Of a DNA stretch of 64,000 bases, positions 46,681 to 56,098 are shown piece after piece. The stretch lies in IMG/VR virus record IMGVR_UViG_3300042988_001200. One strand, written 5' to 3'. The notes under the pieces are model-generated. The model did not search any database. It was not told the DNA's origin and saw only the letters and a program-made list of their open reading frames with translations. Made by a program: the position numbers and the translations under genes. This DNA comes from a virus (taxonomy: Duplodnaviria; Caudoviricetes). The number at the start of each line of letters is the position of its first letter. The stretch's first letter is position 1.

Positions 46681-49008
46681 TTAACGAATGGGGCAACCTG
46701 ATTTACAAGTATCATCAACTACATCATCATTAGATACTCCATTAAGGATAAGTTCATGTTTATTAAGAATATCATAATCTACTAGAAATAGTATAGACTC
46801 TGATTCATTAGAACCCTTAACCTCTTTACAATAAGAGGGGATTTTACTAAGTAAAGATTCATAATCTTCTTTAGAACACTCTTCAAAAGGTAGAGTAGGG
46901 GTACTTACATAATAGGATAGGAAAGAAGCATTAGTAAATCCATTAGACCAATTAGACTCTAACCAATTAAGAACTCTTAACCACTCAGTATCATCCTTTA
47001 CAGTAATAGTACAACTAGGTAAATGCTCAACATACTCCTTAGTAAAAGCTAATAGATTATCTAATTGTTTAATAGCAGATACATCAAAACTACTTATATT
47101 AGTAGGAGCTTTAATAGGAAATGTAAATAACCAACTATCAACTTTACTTAATATTTCATCCTTTAAACCTTTATCTAATTGGTTATAACTATCTAGTATC
47201 TCTTTAATATCGTTAGTTTCTTTATCTAGATATTCATTTATAAGTTTACATGTATGGGAGTAAGGATAAGGTACTACTGGATATCCCATATCCTTTAAAG
47301 TAAGGGATAATGCGTTCTTAGCTCCCATCTGTACTCTTCTATAGTAATAGGGAGACCAGGACCAATGTAACCCAGCGGATGAACCAAATATAAGAGAAGT
47401 AGTACCTTCTGGTTTAATACAAGTAGTGGCTATAGGTCTATCAATCTTTAATATATCTGCATAAATATTAGCCTCCTCTCTTACCCATTCATATATCTTT
47501 TTCCTAATATCTTTTGCTTCCTCTGATAATGTATCTATATCTAATAAATACATAGCATCTTGCCAACCTGTTAGAGATACCCCTAATAATCTTTCATCTT
47601 GTTGAATAGAGTCCCAGTCTTCCCAAGGTATAGATACTAGAGTTTGTCTTACACTAGCTCTAGTAATAATTCTGGTAGATTGTTCTAGTTCTCTTAGATT
47701 AAGGGTTCCATTATAGATATGATTAGGAATATTAATAGAAGATAGATTACATAGACCTCCTCCTTTAGAAGGAGTTAGGATACCTTTAGTAGTATTAATA
47801 ATATCTTCATTACTCTTATGTCCTATAGATAGAATAATCTCATGGCAAGGATTGGTTCCACAATCTAAATATTTAAGACAATCTTTAGCTGGTCTAACCT
47901 TTCTAGCTGACTCATATCTCTTCCAACACATTAATAGATAATTATTAAACCCCGGTTCTCCAGCTTTCTTTAACGTATCTAATCTCTTTTCTAGTTCTGA
48001 ATAAGAGGGTTTATACTTATCAATTAAGGGTTTAACCTCTAAATAAGTAGCATTTGGCTTGTTATATAGATACAGAACTAGTTCATTCCAACCCTTAGAA
48101 CCTATACATTCTGTATTATTACTTTGAAACCTATAGCTTTTATTGGTAATAAAAGAGCCAATATCCTCTTTAGCTTTAGCACAAAGAATGTCTCCTTCTT
48201 CAAATAAACATATTAAAGCAGCTCTTCTAGTCCCACCTACAGCTATCTGAACTGCTATACAACAGCTAATATCCATACAATCAATGGACCTTAGTTGTTT
48301 ATTTGGACACTCTTTAATAATTAAATCTATATCTTTAATAGTTTTGATAAGAGCTTCAGGGCCAGATGCAGTACCCCCAAATGTCTTTAAGGGTTCTCCC
48401 CAAGGTCTAACATTATCTATATTAATACTAATAGACTTTCTTATACCACTATGAAGCTCTTCTAGAACATATAGAGTACAAGTAGTCCAACCTTCTTTAG
48501 AGTCCCCTACTACTAGTTCATCTCCATCCCAGTATGTATGTTCTTTCCTATTAACTTTAGATATAGGCTGATATTCTTTAAAGGAGATAGATAAATCTTT
48601 ATTTTTAATAAAAGGTAATTGAGATATATCTCTATCAAAGACTCTAAACCCTACACCAGCACCTAGCATAAGGTTAAACATAAGGTTAGAGAATTTATCT
48701 AGAGAATCTATAGCTAAACATGAACAGTTATAAGCACATATAGGATTATAATCAATTGTTTTACTACCAGCAGCCCATCTAGCTCTATTACTAGTAGATA
48801 CCTGTAGATTAGATAGTTTATCTAGAAGAAGGTTATACTCCCTATCTAAATGCTCCTTATTAATATAATCCTTGGCTAAATCAATATTATATCTAGTAAC
48901 CCTCTCTAAGGATTCATAACCAGTCTCTCTAGTTCCATCAGACTTTAACCTTCTATAAGTTCTACAATCAATAACTTCACCTAGTCTTGTATAATTAACT
49001 TCTTTCAT
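46681..49008 (-). CDS. nrdJ: Class II (adenosylcobalamin-dependent) ribonucleotide reductase, monomeric type
   Basis: YNCS, GAGVGF, GDSKEGW, RPWGEPLKTFGGTASGP, VGGTRRAA, TNPCHEI, CNLS, KPEGT and C-terminal CKSGCPIR. Confidence 0.93.
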   Translation of the reverse strand: MKEVNYTRLGEVIDCRTYRRLKSDGTRETGYESLERVTRYNIDLAKDYINKEHLDREYNLLLDKLSNLQVSTSNRARWAAGSKTIDYNPICAYNCSCLAIDSLDKFSNLMFNLMLGAGVGFRVFDRDISQLPFIKNKDLSISFKEYQPISKVNRKEHTYWDGDELVVGDSKEGWTTCTLYVLEELHSGIRKSISINIDNVRPWGEPLKTFGGTASGPEALIKTIKDIDLIIKECPNKQLRSIDCMDISCCIAVQIAVGGTRRAALICLFEEGDILCAKAKEDIGSFITNKSYRFQSNNTECIGSKGWNELVLYLYNKPNATYLEVKPLIDKYKPSYSELEKRLDTLKKAGEPGFNNYLLMCWKRYESARKVRPAKDCLKYLDCGTNPCHEIILSIGHKSNEDIINTTKGILTPSKGGGLCNLSSINIPNHIYNGTLNLRELEQSTRIITRASVRQTLVSIPWEDWDSIQQDERLLGVSLTGWQDAMYLLDIDTLSEEAKDIRKKIYEWVREEANIYADILKIDRPIATTCIKPEGTTSLIFGSSAGLHWSWSPYYYRRVQMGAKNALSLTLKDMGYPVVPYPYSHTCKLINEYLDKETNDIKEILDSYNQLDKGLKDEILSKVDSWLFTFPIKAPTNISSFDVSAIKQLDNLLAFTKEYVEHLPSCTITVKDDTEWLRVLNWLESNWSNGFTNASFLSYYVSTPTLPFEECSKEDYESLLSKIPSYCKEVKGSNESESILFLVDYDILNKHELILNGVSNDDVVDDTCKSGCPIR

Positions 49009-49027
49009 ATTTATCTATTTATTTATA

Positions 49028-49354
49028 TCAACATTGACAATCTACTGGAGGGTAATAACTAAAATCACATATTCTAGTTACCTTATTACTACACTCAATT
49101 ATACTGTTTACTTTATCTTCTATACCCGTCTTTATATCATTTATTATTGAGTTAATAAGAATTAACTTCTCTCCACTAGTTAATTCACTGGGAAAGGGTA
49201 TACATATCTCTTTCTCTATAGATAAATAAACTTTTATAACCTCATATGATGGATAATCATCTAACTTATGTCGGCACTTAAGTTCTTTATATATAGCAGA
49301 TTCAAGAGTTATACCCTCTGGTTTGGTGATAGAACAAGGATTATTACAAGACAT
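49028..49354 (-). CDS. Cys-rich hypothetical protein
   Basis: 108 aa, starts MSCNNPC and ends DCQC. Confidence 0.55.
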   Translation of the reverse strand: MSCNNPCSITKPEGITLESAIYKELKCRHKLDDYPSYEVIKVYLSIEKEICIPFPSELTSGEKLILINSIINDIKTGIEDKVNSIIECSNKVTRICDFSYYPPVDCQC

Positions 49355-49422
49355 AATTAATATAAATAATAGATATATCTAATAGATAGACTAAAAGATA
49401 TATCTATTATTTATATTAATTA
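49354..49422. repeat. 27-bp perfect inverted repeat filling an intergenic space
   Basis: TAATTAATATAAATAATAGATATATCT / AGATATATCTATTATTTATATTAATTA with a 15-nt loop. It touches the upstream stop and the downstream ATG. Confidence 0.85.
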
Positions 49423-49893
49423 ACGGAGGAAAGTAGTTAATGGAGTAATAACATCCATATCTGAAAGGTAAGTATTACTATTCAAATAAGTAATATTACT
49501 ATCTTGTTTCTTTATGAGGAAAAGGTTAAACTCATTAATTAAAGGAAGAAGATGTTTATTCCAAGAATTAAGAGCTAACATAATAACTCCTTTAGAATCT
49601 AAAGTAAGAATAGCTCTAGAAGATTTGTCTGTTTTAATACTATAGGCTCTACCTTCAAAGTCATATCTTTTTGTAGTTATAATCATTGTTCTAACTGCAT
49701 ATTTATGATTAAATCTAAAGAAATCTGTCAAATCCCTTGTTGAATATAAACGTTCAGGGACTGGACTATCGTTATTTCTACTAGATGGAGAGATAAAAGG
49801 TAGTTTAGGAAAAGCCTTTTTAATTAATTCATGGGCTTCTTCATTACTAATATCATTGATTAGATTCTGACGCAGTGTATACTTTAATTCCAT
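49420..49893 (-). CDS. Rha-family-like phage regulatory protein
   Basis: YSTRDLTDFFRFNHKYAVRTM and LTLDSKGVIMLAL...LINEFN resemble the Rha N- and C-terminal motifs. Confidence 0.5.
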   Translation of the reverse strand: MELKYTLRQNLINDISNEEAHELIKKAFPKLPFISPSSRNNDSPVPERLYSTRDLTDFFRFNHKYAVRTMIITTKRYDFEGRAYSIKTDKSSRAILTLDSKGVIMLALNSWNKHLLPLINEFNLFLIKKQDSNITYLNSNTYLSDMDVITPLTTFLR

Positions 49894-49921
49894 GATTAAC
49901 CTCTTTGATTAGAAAAAACAA

Positions 49922-49947
49922 AGCTCTTAGATTTATATCTAAGAGCT
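49922..49947 (-). terminator. Terminator-like hairpin
   Basis: 11-bp stem AGCTCTTAGAT/ATCTAAGAGCT followed by TTGTTTTTT on the minus strand. Confidence 0.6.
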
Positions 49948-50440
49948 ATAACTGTAAGTTAAGACTATTTGGATGAATAGTTATAAAAGGAGAGAACTCT
50001 TCATATATCTTTTTACTCCTCCATTTTGCCTCCTTTGGTAATTGATTAACATACTCTAAATAAAGATTGTTAAATATAGATTCTATATCTAAGTAGTTAA
50101 CATTAGGTATTAGTTTAATAAGATTATTGGCTTTAGGGCTTATTCCTTTATCTTTAGGGGATGTAAATATAAAATAGATTTCTTTATTAAAGAACTTTTT
50201 GGCTAATTCAATATAATTTTTATCTCCTAAAGTAATAGATACTGTTTCTAAATCAATAGTATTCTTCTTTATTTCTATTACTAATACATAATTATTAAAT
50301 ATTTGAATAACATCAAATCTTCTAGATTTATTAACCTCTTCTATATTGGGTACAGAGAATTCTTGTATTAGTTTTATCCCTTTTATATGTGAACTTAGAA
50401 GAATGAGTTTGTTCTGTATCTGCTTTTCATTGAATTCCAT
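49946..50440 (-). CDS. PD-(D/E)XK nuclease-like protein
   Basis: RRFDVI...VIEIKK. Confidence 0.6.
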   Translation of the reverse strand: MEFNEKQIQNKLILLSSHIKGIKLIQEFSVPNIEEVNKSRRFDVIQIFNNYVLVIEIKKNTIDLETVSITLGDKNYIELAKKFFNKEIYFIFTSPKDKGISPKANNLIKLIPNVNYLDIESIFNNLYLEYVNQLPKEAKWRSKKIYEEFSPFITIHPNSLNLQL

Positions 50441-50978
50441 AAGAGTAGATAAATTCTCTTACTAGGTTTTTGATATTATGCTTCTCTTCTTCTAATAGAA
50501 TCTCGGGCTTATTTATAAGAGAATAACTTAGGTTACAGTTATCTACCTCTCTTTTATATAAACAATTATTTATATCTACATAACTTAATTCACTATTAAA
50601 ATTGTCATAAAAACAATTGAACTCCTTATTTTCTCTAAATAAACTAAGGAGATAATTTAACATTTCTTTATATAAAGACTGATCTATTATCCATCTAGAA
50701 GGAAACCTATCATAAGTAAAGTATAAATGAATAAGTAAAAACATCACAGCTTGGTCATTATATTCTACTAGATATAAAACTGGAGTATAACAATAGCTAT
50801 ATAACGTATGAATTACTACCTTATTTTGTTGGTTATAAGCATTAATAGACTCTTTATTAAGAGGGAATATAGAGATTTCTGGAAGATAGACTTCTCTATC
50901 CTTTCTTAGAATAGAGAAGTCTAAGGTGGAACTCTCTACATTTAATTCAATTAAATTAAGGAGTTCTGATACTAGCAT
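50427..50978 (-). CDS. Hypothetical protein
   Basis: 183-aa ORF. Confidence 0.55.
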   Translation of the reverse strand: MLVSELLNLIELNVESSTLDFSILRKDREVYLPEISIFPLNKESINAYNQQNKVVIHTLYSYCYTPVLYLVEYNDQAVMFLLIHLYFTYDRFPSRWIIDQSLYKEMLNYLLSLFRENKEFNCFYDNFNSELSYVDINNCLYKREVDNCNLSYSLINKPEILLEEEKHNIKNLVREFIYSYGIQ

Positions 50979-51295
50979 TTATTATTTATGGTTGTTTTTG
51001 TTATATAACCAAGGGCTTCTATCTCTAAACATATTTCCTTGTACCCTAAAAGCGCTATGGGTTTATCTAATAATGCTATATCCCCTGAGACTAAGGGTTT
51101 TATTCTAATAGCATTACTACCTTCTAATCTTATACTTTCTTTAATTTCTCCTTCTATATCTAAATAATAAAGGGTAGGTCCCCCACATAAGTATATATGG
51201 CTTATATCATTTATGTGGGCACATATATTATATAGTTGTGTACTTTCATTAGCACTATACTTAAGTAAATATTTGTATTCCTCTGGTAATGGCAT
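50972..51295 (-). CDS. Hypothetical protein
   Basis: 107-aa ORF. Confidence 0.5.
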   Translation of the reverse strand: MPLPEEYKYLLKYSANESTQLYNICAHINDISHIYLCGGPTLYYLDIEGEIKESIRLEGSNAIRIKPLVSGDIALLDKPIALLGYKEICLEIEALGYITKTTINNKC

Positions 51296-51301
51296 ATAAA
51301 T

Positions 51302-51733
51302 CTAAAGAGGTAATTTAATAATGTAGTTAGTTATGCTAAGAGGAGTCTCTTTCTTTACAATAATAGAGCTCATCTCAATATCTACTGTTAATTTACCTAC
51401 TTTTGTTCCTTTAGTACCAGGACCCCCAACAGCTCCATAAAATACTGGTTGTTGATTCTTATTTAAAATGGCATACTCTTTAACAGTTCCATTATTTATA
51501 GCTATAGTAGATAAAGATTGATTAGAAGGTATAAGTAAATAAGTCTCTAGTTTTTCATTAGGTCTAGCGAAGGCTGGTGTTGGCAATTTAAAAGAAGCTA
51601 TTATGGTTCCTCCATCTATACCTCCCACTGAATATAAATTAAGGGTAGGGTAATTAATTAAAGAACCTTCCTCTACTTTCCTTGTTAAATAAATTAAATA
51701 GTCTGTAAGTATATTTACTGGTATAGAACTCAT
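51302..51733 (-). CDS. Putative virion structural protein
   Basis: IASFKLPTPAF...NGTVKEYAI...FYGAVG...SSIIV resembles a widespread small phage structural family (by eye). Confidence 0.35.
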   Translation of the reverse strand: MSSIPVNILTDYLIYLTRKVEEGSLINYPTLNLYSVGGIDGGTIIASFKLPTPAFARPNEKLETYLLIPSNQSLSTIAINNGTVKEYAILNKNQQPVFYGAVGGPGTKGTKVGKLTVDIEMSSIIVKKETPLSITNYIIKLPL

Positions 51734-51763
51734 TATAATGTTATAAGTATTTATAACATTATA
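51734..51763. repeat. 13-bp hairpin abutting a start codon
   Basis: TATAATGTTATAA-GTAT-TTATAACATTATA. The ATG of the downstream minus-strand gene begins at 51733. Confidence 0.8.
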
Positions 51764-51764
51764 T

Positions 51765-52391
51765 TTAGAATTTAAGGAGAGTAGTGTAACCTTTCCAATG
51801 AATTTCCTTCTTAGTATTCTCCTTTCTTAATAACCAAAAGAATAAGGTAGATATTCTATTTATTAGACTCTTTAAGGTTTTATCTTCTATGCTTTCTATA
51901 GATAAACACTCATTAAGATATAACTCCACAGTTCTAAGACTTATCCTTACTCGGTCTAATCTAGATAACCTCTCACTATTAAACATAAGGAAGTCCTGGC
52001 AATCCCCTATTTCTGACTTAAGTTTATATAATAAGGTCTCTACATTCCTTAGACTTTCTTCCTGTAATCTATGTCTATCACTATTACCTTTACATAAGAT
52101 AAATGCAGATATATTAAAGGAGTTCTCTCTTAACCAAAATAGAGATTTATATACTTCCTCACTATAGATATAAATACCTATCTTCTCTATTAGATCTTTA
52201 TACCGATATAAGGATTTATACTTATAATCCTTTAGACATAGACTAATATCATTTCTTAAATACTCAAGAGATTGGTCTAATAAAGTCTTAGAATTAATGT
52301 TCTTAGTACAGGAGTTATCTCCTTTACCTTCTTTGTAAGAAGTTACTATTCGAGCTGTAGAAGGTTTAGACATAATATTTAAATCCAACAT
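51765..52391 (-). CDS. PduO-type cob(I)alamin adenosyltransferase-like protein (divergent)
   Basis: QDFLMF, RVRISLRTVE, LINRISTLFFWLLRKEN..EIHW parallel PduO FILP, ARTVCRRAER, YLNRLSDLLF. Confidence 0.6.
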   Translation of the reverse strand: MLDLNIMSKPSTARIVTSYKEGKGDNSCTKNINSKTLLDQSLEYLRNDISLCLKDYKYKSLYRYKDLIEKIGIYIYSEEVYKSLFWLRENSFNISAFILCKGNSDRHRLQEESLRNVETLLYKLKSEIGDCQDFLMFNSERLSRLDRVRISLRTVELYLNECLSIESIEDKTLKSLINRISTLFFWLLRKENTKKEIHWKGYTTLLKF

Positions 52392-52436
52392 TCTAAATAT
52401 AAATATAAGGGACTTTTATTAGTTTAACCATTATTT

Positions 52437-53018
52437 CTAAGGTTTATTACTTAATAATAAACTAATCCTGTCCAACTCTCTATACACTCTATTCATCTTT
52501 AATGACTTAAAAACCTCCTCTAACCTATCTATAAACAAGTACATCTTTAAATCATCCTTCCTTATTGATATATCCTCTTTACTAGATAATGTATAAAAGT
52601 TTTTTATAGTTCTAAATCTAACTGGTAGAAATAGACCTAGTTCTATATAAGAAGAGATTATAGATTTACTAATATTATTCTCACTAAGAAATAGTTCTAT
52701 AGTTATAGTATCTATAGAATTTCTAGGACTTAGATTGGTAGTAGGTAACTCCTTTATAAGTCTAATAGTAGCAACCACCTCTTTAGGGTTAAGTAAAAAA
52801 GATAAATATACAACTACTAATTCCTCTATAGCTGTACAACTATATTTATTAAGGTTAAGATAAAGTTCCCAAGGATATAAAGAAGGAGGTAAATAAGACT
52901 TCTCATATTTTAAATTTATATTTTCATATAGACTCCTTCTATTTATATCTTGACTACTTATATATAAATAGGTGCTATTAATATAATAATTAAAGTAATT
53001 AATAATAAAAAATAACAT
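52437..53018 (-). CDS. Hypothetical protein
   Basis: 193-aa ORF. The start position is uncertain. Confidence 0.5.
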   Translation of the reverse strand: MLFFIINYFNYYINSTYLYISSQDINRRSLYENINLKYEKSYLPPSLYPWELYLNLNKYSCTAIEELVVVYLSFLLNPKEVVATIRLIKELPTTNLSPRNSIDTITIELFLSENNISKSIISSYIELGLFLPVRFRTIKNFYTLSSKEDISIRKDDLKMYLFIDRLEEVFKSLKMNRVYRELDRISLLLSNKP

Positions 53019-53265
53019 GAGCTGCTGTGGTAAAAGTAAAGTAACTAGAGTCTATAACCCTAGTAGAAATAATCAATATACTCTAGATTTATCTTCTTAT
53101 AGAACTTATAGTAGTCAAATGAGTAGTCCTTTATGTACTAGATGTCAATCTCCTACTATTCATCAAGGTCCTATAATGTATTCCCCTAATGGTGCTCCTA
53201 GAGTTAATATTCAGTGTACTAATCCTCAATGTGGGGCTATAAGAACTATATATGTAACTACTTAG
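53017..53265 (+). CDS. Small zinc-ribbon / Cys-rich protein
   Basis: MSCCGK, CTRC and CTNPQC. Confidence 0.6.
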   Translation: MSCCGKSKVTRVYNPSRNNQYTLDLSSYRTYSSQMSSPLCTRCQSPTIHQGPIMYSPNGAPRVNIQCTNPQCGAIRTIYVTT

Positions 53266-53731
53266 GAAAATCTATATAATCAAAAGATAAACTCCTTCTA
53301 TAACATTCAACCACTATATTAGTAATATTAATAAGTAATATATAATAGAAACTTTTATAGAAACTTTTATAGAAGGATAACTTTTTTATTCTTAATAGTT
53401 TTTCACTATTTTTATTACTAATTAAATCTTTGTATGTAAGACCTAAAGTCTTTTTTATTACATATTCATTTAGAACTGGCGAATTAATTACTTTCTTTAT
53501 AGTTAATTGCCACTTAGTTGTATTCATATCAGTGGCAAAGACTTTAATTAACTGTAATAGACTATTGTTTATATGCGTTCTATTTATTTGAAAAGAGGAA
53601 TTATAATATTTAACTAAGTCTTTTTTCTTATGAAGATTTTGAATCCATCTAAAGAACATATCCTTTAGTTCAGGTAGTATTCTTAGTTCTATTAATATAT
53701 CTCTTTTTGGTTTAACAATAATAAGATTCAT
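53258..53731 (-). CDS. Hypothetical basic protein
   Basis: 157-aa ORF. Confidence 0.5.
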   Translation of the reverse strand: MNLIIVKPKRDILIELRILPELKDMFFRWIQNLHKKKDLVKYYNSSFQINRTHINNSLLQLIKVFATDMNTTKWQLTIKKVINSPVLNEYVIKKTLGLTYKDLISNKNSEKLLRIKKLSFYKSFYKSFYYILLINITNIVVECYRRSLSFDYIDFPK

Positions 53732-54096
53732 TTTAATTGATTAAATAGATTATGCTTATATTTATCTTTTATAAAAATTTGATATTGGTTTAACCACTTA
53801 TCAGGTTCAATAAGAACATCTTTAGAATCTACTCTAGTATTATGAATAAGGGTAGGCGCTCCATGATTATAAACTAGAATATCTAAGTATGAGATAGATA
53901 AAGATTCCAGATGAGTAATTGGTAACATAGCTTTTAAGGATTCTTCTATATCCTTTTGTCTTATAAAGCCAGTAATCCACCAAGTTTTATCTTTGTATTC
54001 TAATTGTTCTCCTATAGATTTACTATAGTTAAGAAGAAGAAATGATAAAGAATCTTTCTTTATTAAATTAAAAACCATAGAGCATTTAGATTCCAT
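53728..54096 (-). CDS. Hypothetical protein
   Basis: 122-aa ORF. Confidence 0.5.
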   Translation of the reverse strand: MESKCSMVFNLIKKDSLSFLLLNYSKSIGEQLEYKDKTWWITGFIRQKDIEESLKAMLPITHLESLSISYLDILVYNHGAPTLIHNTRVDSKDVLIEPDKWLNQYQIFIKDKYKHNLFNQLK

Positions 54097-54304
54097 ATCT
54101 TTTTTTTAGATTATTAATTTCTATATCTTCTGTTGGGTTATTAATAAGAGATTGGAATGCGGGTATAGGAATATTTCCCTTTTCGTAGTATTGACATATA
54201 CTAAGAGCGTTTACTTTACTATTAGTAGAAGTAATCTCATCTCCCCTTATAATATAGAAGATTCCACTGTTATATAATATCTCCGTTCCATATGTTAATC
54301 TCAT
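54086..54304 (-). CDS. Hypothetical protein
   Basis: 72-aa ORF. Confidence 0.45.
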   Translation of the reverse strand: MRLTYGTEILYNSGIFYIIRGDEITSTNSKVNALSICQYYEKGNIPIPAFQSLINNPTEDIEINNLKKRYGI

Positions 54305-54639
54305 TATTTTCTTTTTTTATTAGAGTTCTAATTGTAGAAGCTATAGCTAATCTTACTACTAATACATATATATTTGAACCATATAGACAATGGATTGAAA
54401 GACTAGAGAGCTATATAAGTAAGTACACCGGTGATAAATTAACTTACTCTGTAAATTGTCACCTGTGTACTAGCACTCAGATTAGTTTAATAATTAATCT
54501 TACTTATTTATTAGATACTAATCTTTATATATATATAGGTCTATCTATCCTTATGGGTAGAATCTCTTATGTAATTCATAATCTATATGAAGTTTTACCT
54601 AAGTTAAATACTTTTTTATTAATAAAAATGAATAAGTAA
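54292..54639 (+). CDS. DUF1360-like membrane protein
   Basis: Hydrophobic helices with YIFEPYR...VNCHLCTST (compare IF..LR...CxxCxS). Confidence 0.55.
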   Translation: MLISLFSFFIRVLIVEAIANLTTNTYIFEPYRQWIERLESYISKYTGDKLTYSVNCHLCTSTQISLIINLTYLLDTNLYIYIGLSILMGRISYVIHNLYEVLPKLNTFLLIKMNK

Positions 54640-54640
54640 A

Positions 54641-55216
54641 CTAGTATAGAATCTGTTGCTGAATGTTCAAGAATTTAAGGTTTTTGCCATTACCTATAGC
54701 CAAAACATAATCCTCCGGTTTATATTTCTCTATAAAAGATTCACTATTAGGATTATCATATTCGTCCTTTATCCTAGTTAAAGCAGCTTCAAAACTAGTT
54801 TCTGTTCCTAGAAATTTCATCTTAGGACCATAGAATATAGCAACTGGAGCCTCTTTTGTATTTTTATAATTTAATTTCCATTGATGTTTAGCTGGACTAA
54901 TACACCAATTATCCTCATCTGGGTCTATAGGTTGAATATACAGAGTATTATTTTTAAACCAGAAACTTTTTAATCTAATAGCAAAAGTATTAGTTTCTAT
55001 ACACAGTAACTCTTCTAATATTCTCTTCTGAGCTTTATTTAGACTTAAGAAACATCTAGTACCCTCCCATTGTTTACCTTTACCTTCAATATTTATAGCT
55101 CTTAATGTATTTTCTTGACTGGATATATAACATAACTTACTCTCAATAAACTCATCTTCAGCTTTGTAATATTCAAAAAAGAGTCTAACTAATACAATAG
55201 AATAAAAGGATTTCAT
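54641..55216 (-). CDS. Hypothetical protein
   Basis: 191-aa ORF. Confidence 0.6.
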   Translation of the reverse strand: MKSFYSIVLVRLFFEYYKAEDEFIESKLCYISSQENTLRAINIEGKGKQWEGTRCFLSLNKAQKRILEELLCIETNTFAIRLKSFWFKNNTLYIQPIDPDEDNWCISPAKHQWKLNYKNTKEAPVAIFYGPKMKFLGTETSFEAALTRIKDEYDNPNSESFIEKYKPEDYVLAIGNGKNLKFLNIQQQILY

Positions 55217-55248
55217 GTTTCTTATCTCTTATAGTTTTTACTAATTTA

Positions 55249-55296
55249 ATAGATTTATTCTTTTCTTAATAAAAATATAGTAAAGAATAAATCTAT
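55249..55296. repeat. Intergenic 15-bp inverted repeat
   Basis: ATAGATTTATTCTTT/AAAGAATAAATCTAT with an 18-nt loop. Confidence 0.6.
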
Positions 55297-55301
55297 AATT
55301 T

Positions 55302-55541
55302 TTAATTACAACAAACAGAAAGAATATTAAACACTTGAGTTAATTCAATACTTTTAGTAGACAAAAGGTCTAGATTAATTCTGATAGCACTATCTTTTTT
55401 TAAAGATAAGTTCCCATATTGAGCTAATAACTCTACAAATTTATCCTCTTTAAAGTTATAAGGAGGATTGAACTCTACTTTTAAACTATTGATATCTCTA
55501 TTAACAGCATCTGGATAATTAATTGATATATTAATATTCAT
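55302..55541 (-). CDS. Hypothetical protein
   Basis: 79-aa ORF. Confidence 0.5.
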   Translation of the reverse strand: MNINISINYPDAVNRDINSLKVEFNPPYNFKEDKFVELLAQYGNLSLKKDSAIRINLDLLSTKSIELTQVFNILSVCCN

Positions 55542-55542
55542 A

Positions 55543-56040
55543 TTATTTACTTAGATTTAACTCTTCTAATTTAACATTAAATTCTTTATTATAATCACTT
55601 AGGTCTTTACCAGTTTTATATAAAAGGGTAATTCCAATAGCTTTTATAATTTCATTTATTACCTCTTTTGTTATAAAACCTAACTCTTTTTCTATGTCCT
55701 CCTTATATTCTCTATATAAATTTTCTATCTCTTTTTTTAAATCTTCTATTTTCTCAATAGCTTTAACCCTTTTTCTATTCTTTAATAAAGGTACAAGGAT
55801 ATCATTACATAAAGAATAACAAATGATTACATACTCCTCTTTCTCTAATTCCTCTCTTTTATATATCCTCTTTCCTATATCTTTTAATAGTTCTTTATTC
55901 TTTACTAATGGAAACTTAAAGTTTAATTCCTTTTCTATATACTTATAAGTCTCAATAATTTGTAATGTTAAATATACATCATCCTTTATTGAACCTTTAT
56001 AATCTATATCTATCTTGTCATATATAAAACTACTTAACAT
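55543..56040 (-). CDS. Hypothetical helical protein
   Basis: 165-aa ORF. Confidence 0.55.
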   Translation of the reverse strand: MLSSFIYDKIDIDYKGSIKDDVYLTLQIIETYKYIEKELNFKFPLVKNKELLKDIGKRIYKREELEKEEYVIICYSLCNDILVPLLKNRKRVKAIEKIEDLKKEIENLYREYKEDIEKELGFITKEVINEIIKAIGITLLYKTGKDLSDYNKEFNVKLEELNLSK

Positions 56041-56048
56041 AATGTCCG

Positions 56049-56091
56049 TAGGATAGATTCTTATTTATTCTATCATTCAGAATCTATCCTA
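56049..56091. repeat. Intergenic 13-bp inverted repeat
   Basis: TAGGATAGATTCT/AGAATCTATCCTA with a 17-nt loop. Confidence 0.6.
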
Positions 56092-56098
56092 GACACTA

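Noticed and set aside
26666-52970. Every TATAAATA octamer as a late promoter
   Set aside because: The octamer is expected often in such AT-rich DNA, and several copies are just the ATAAATATG start context. Only copies with extra context were kept.
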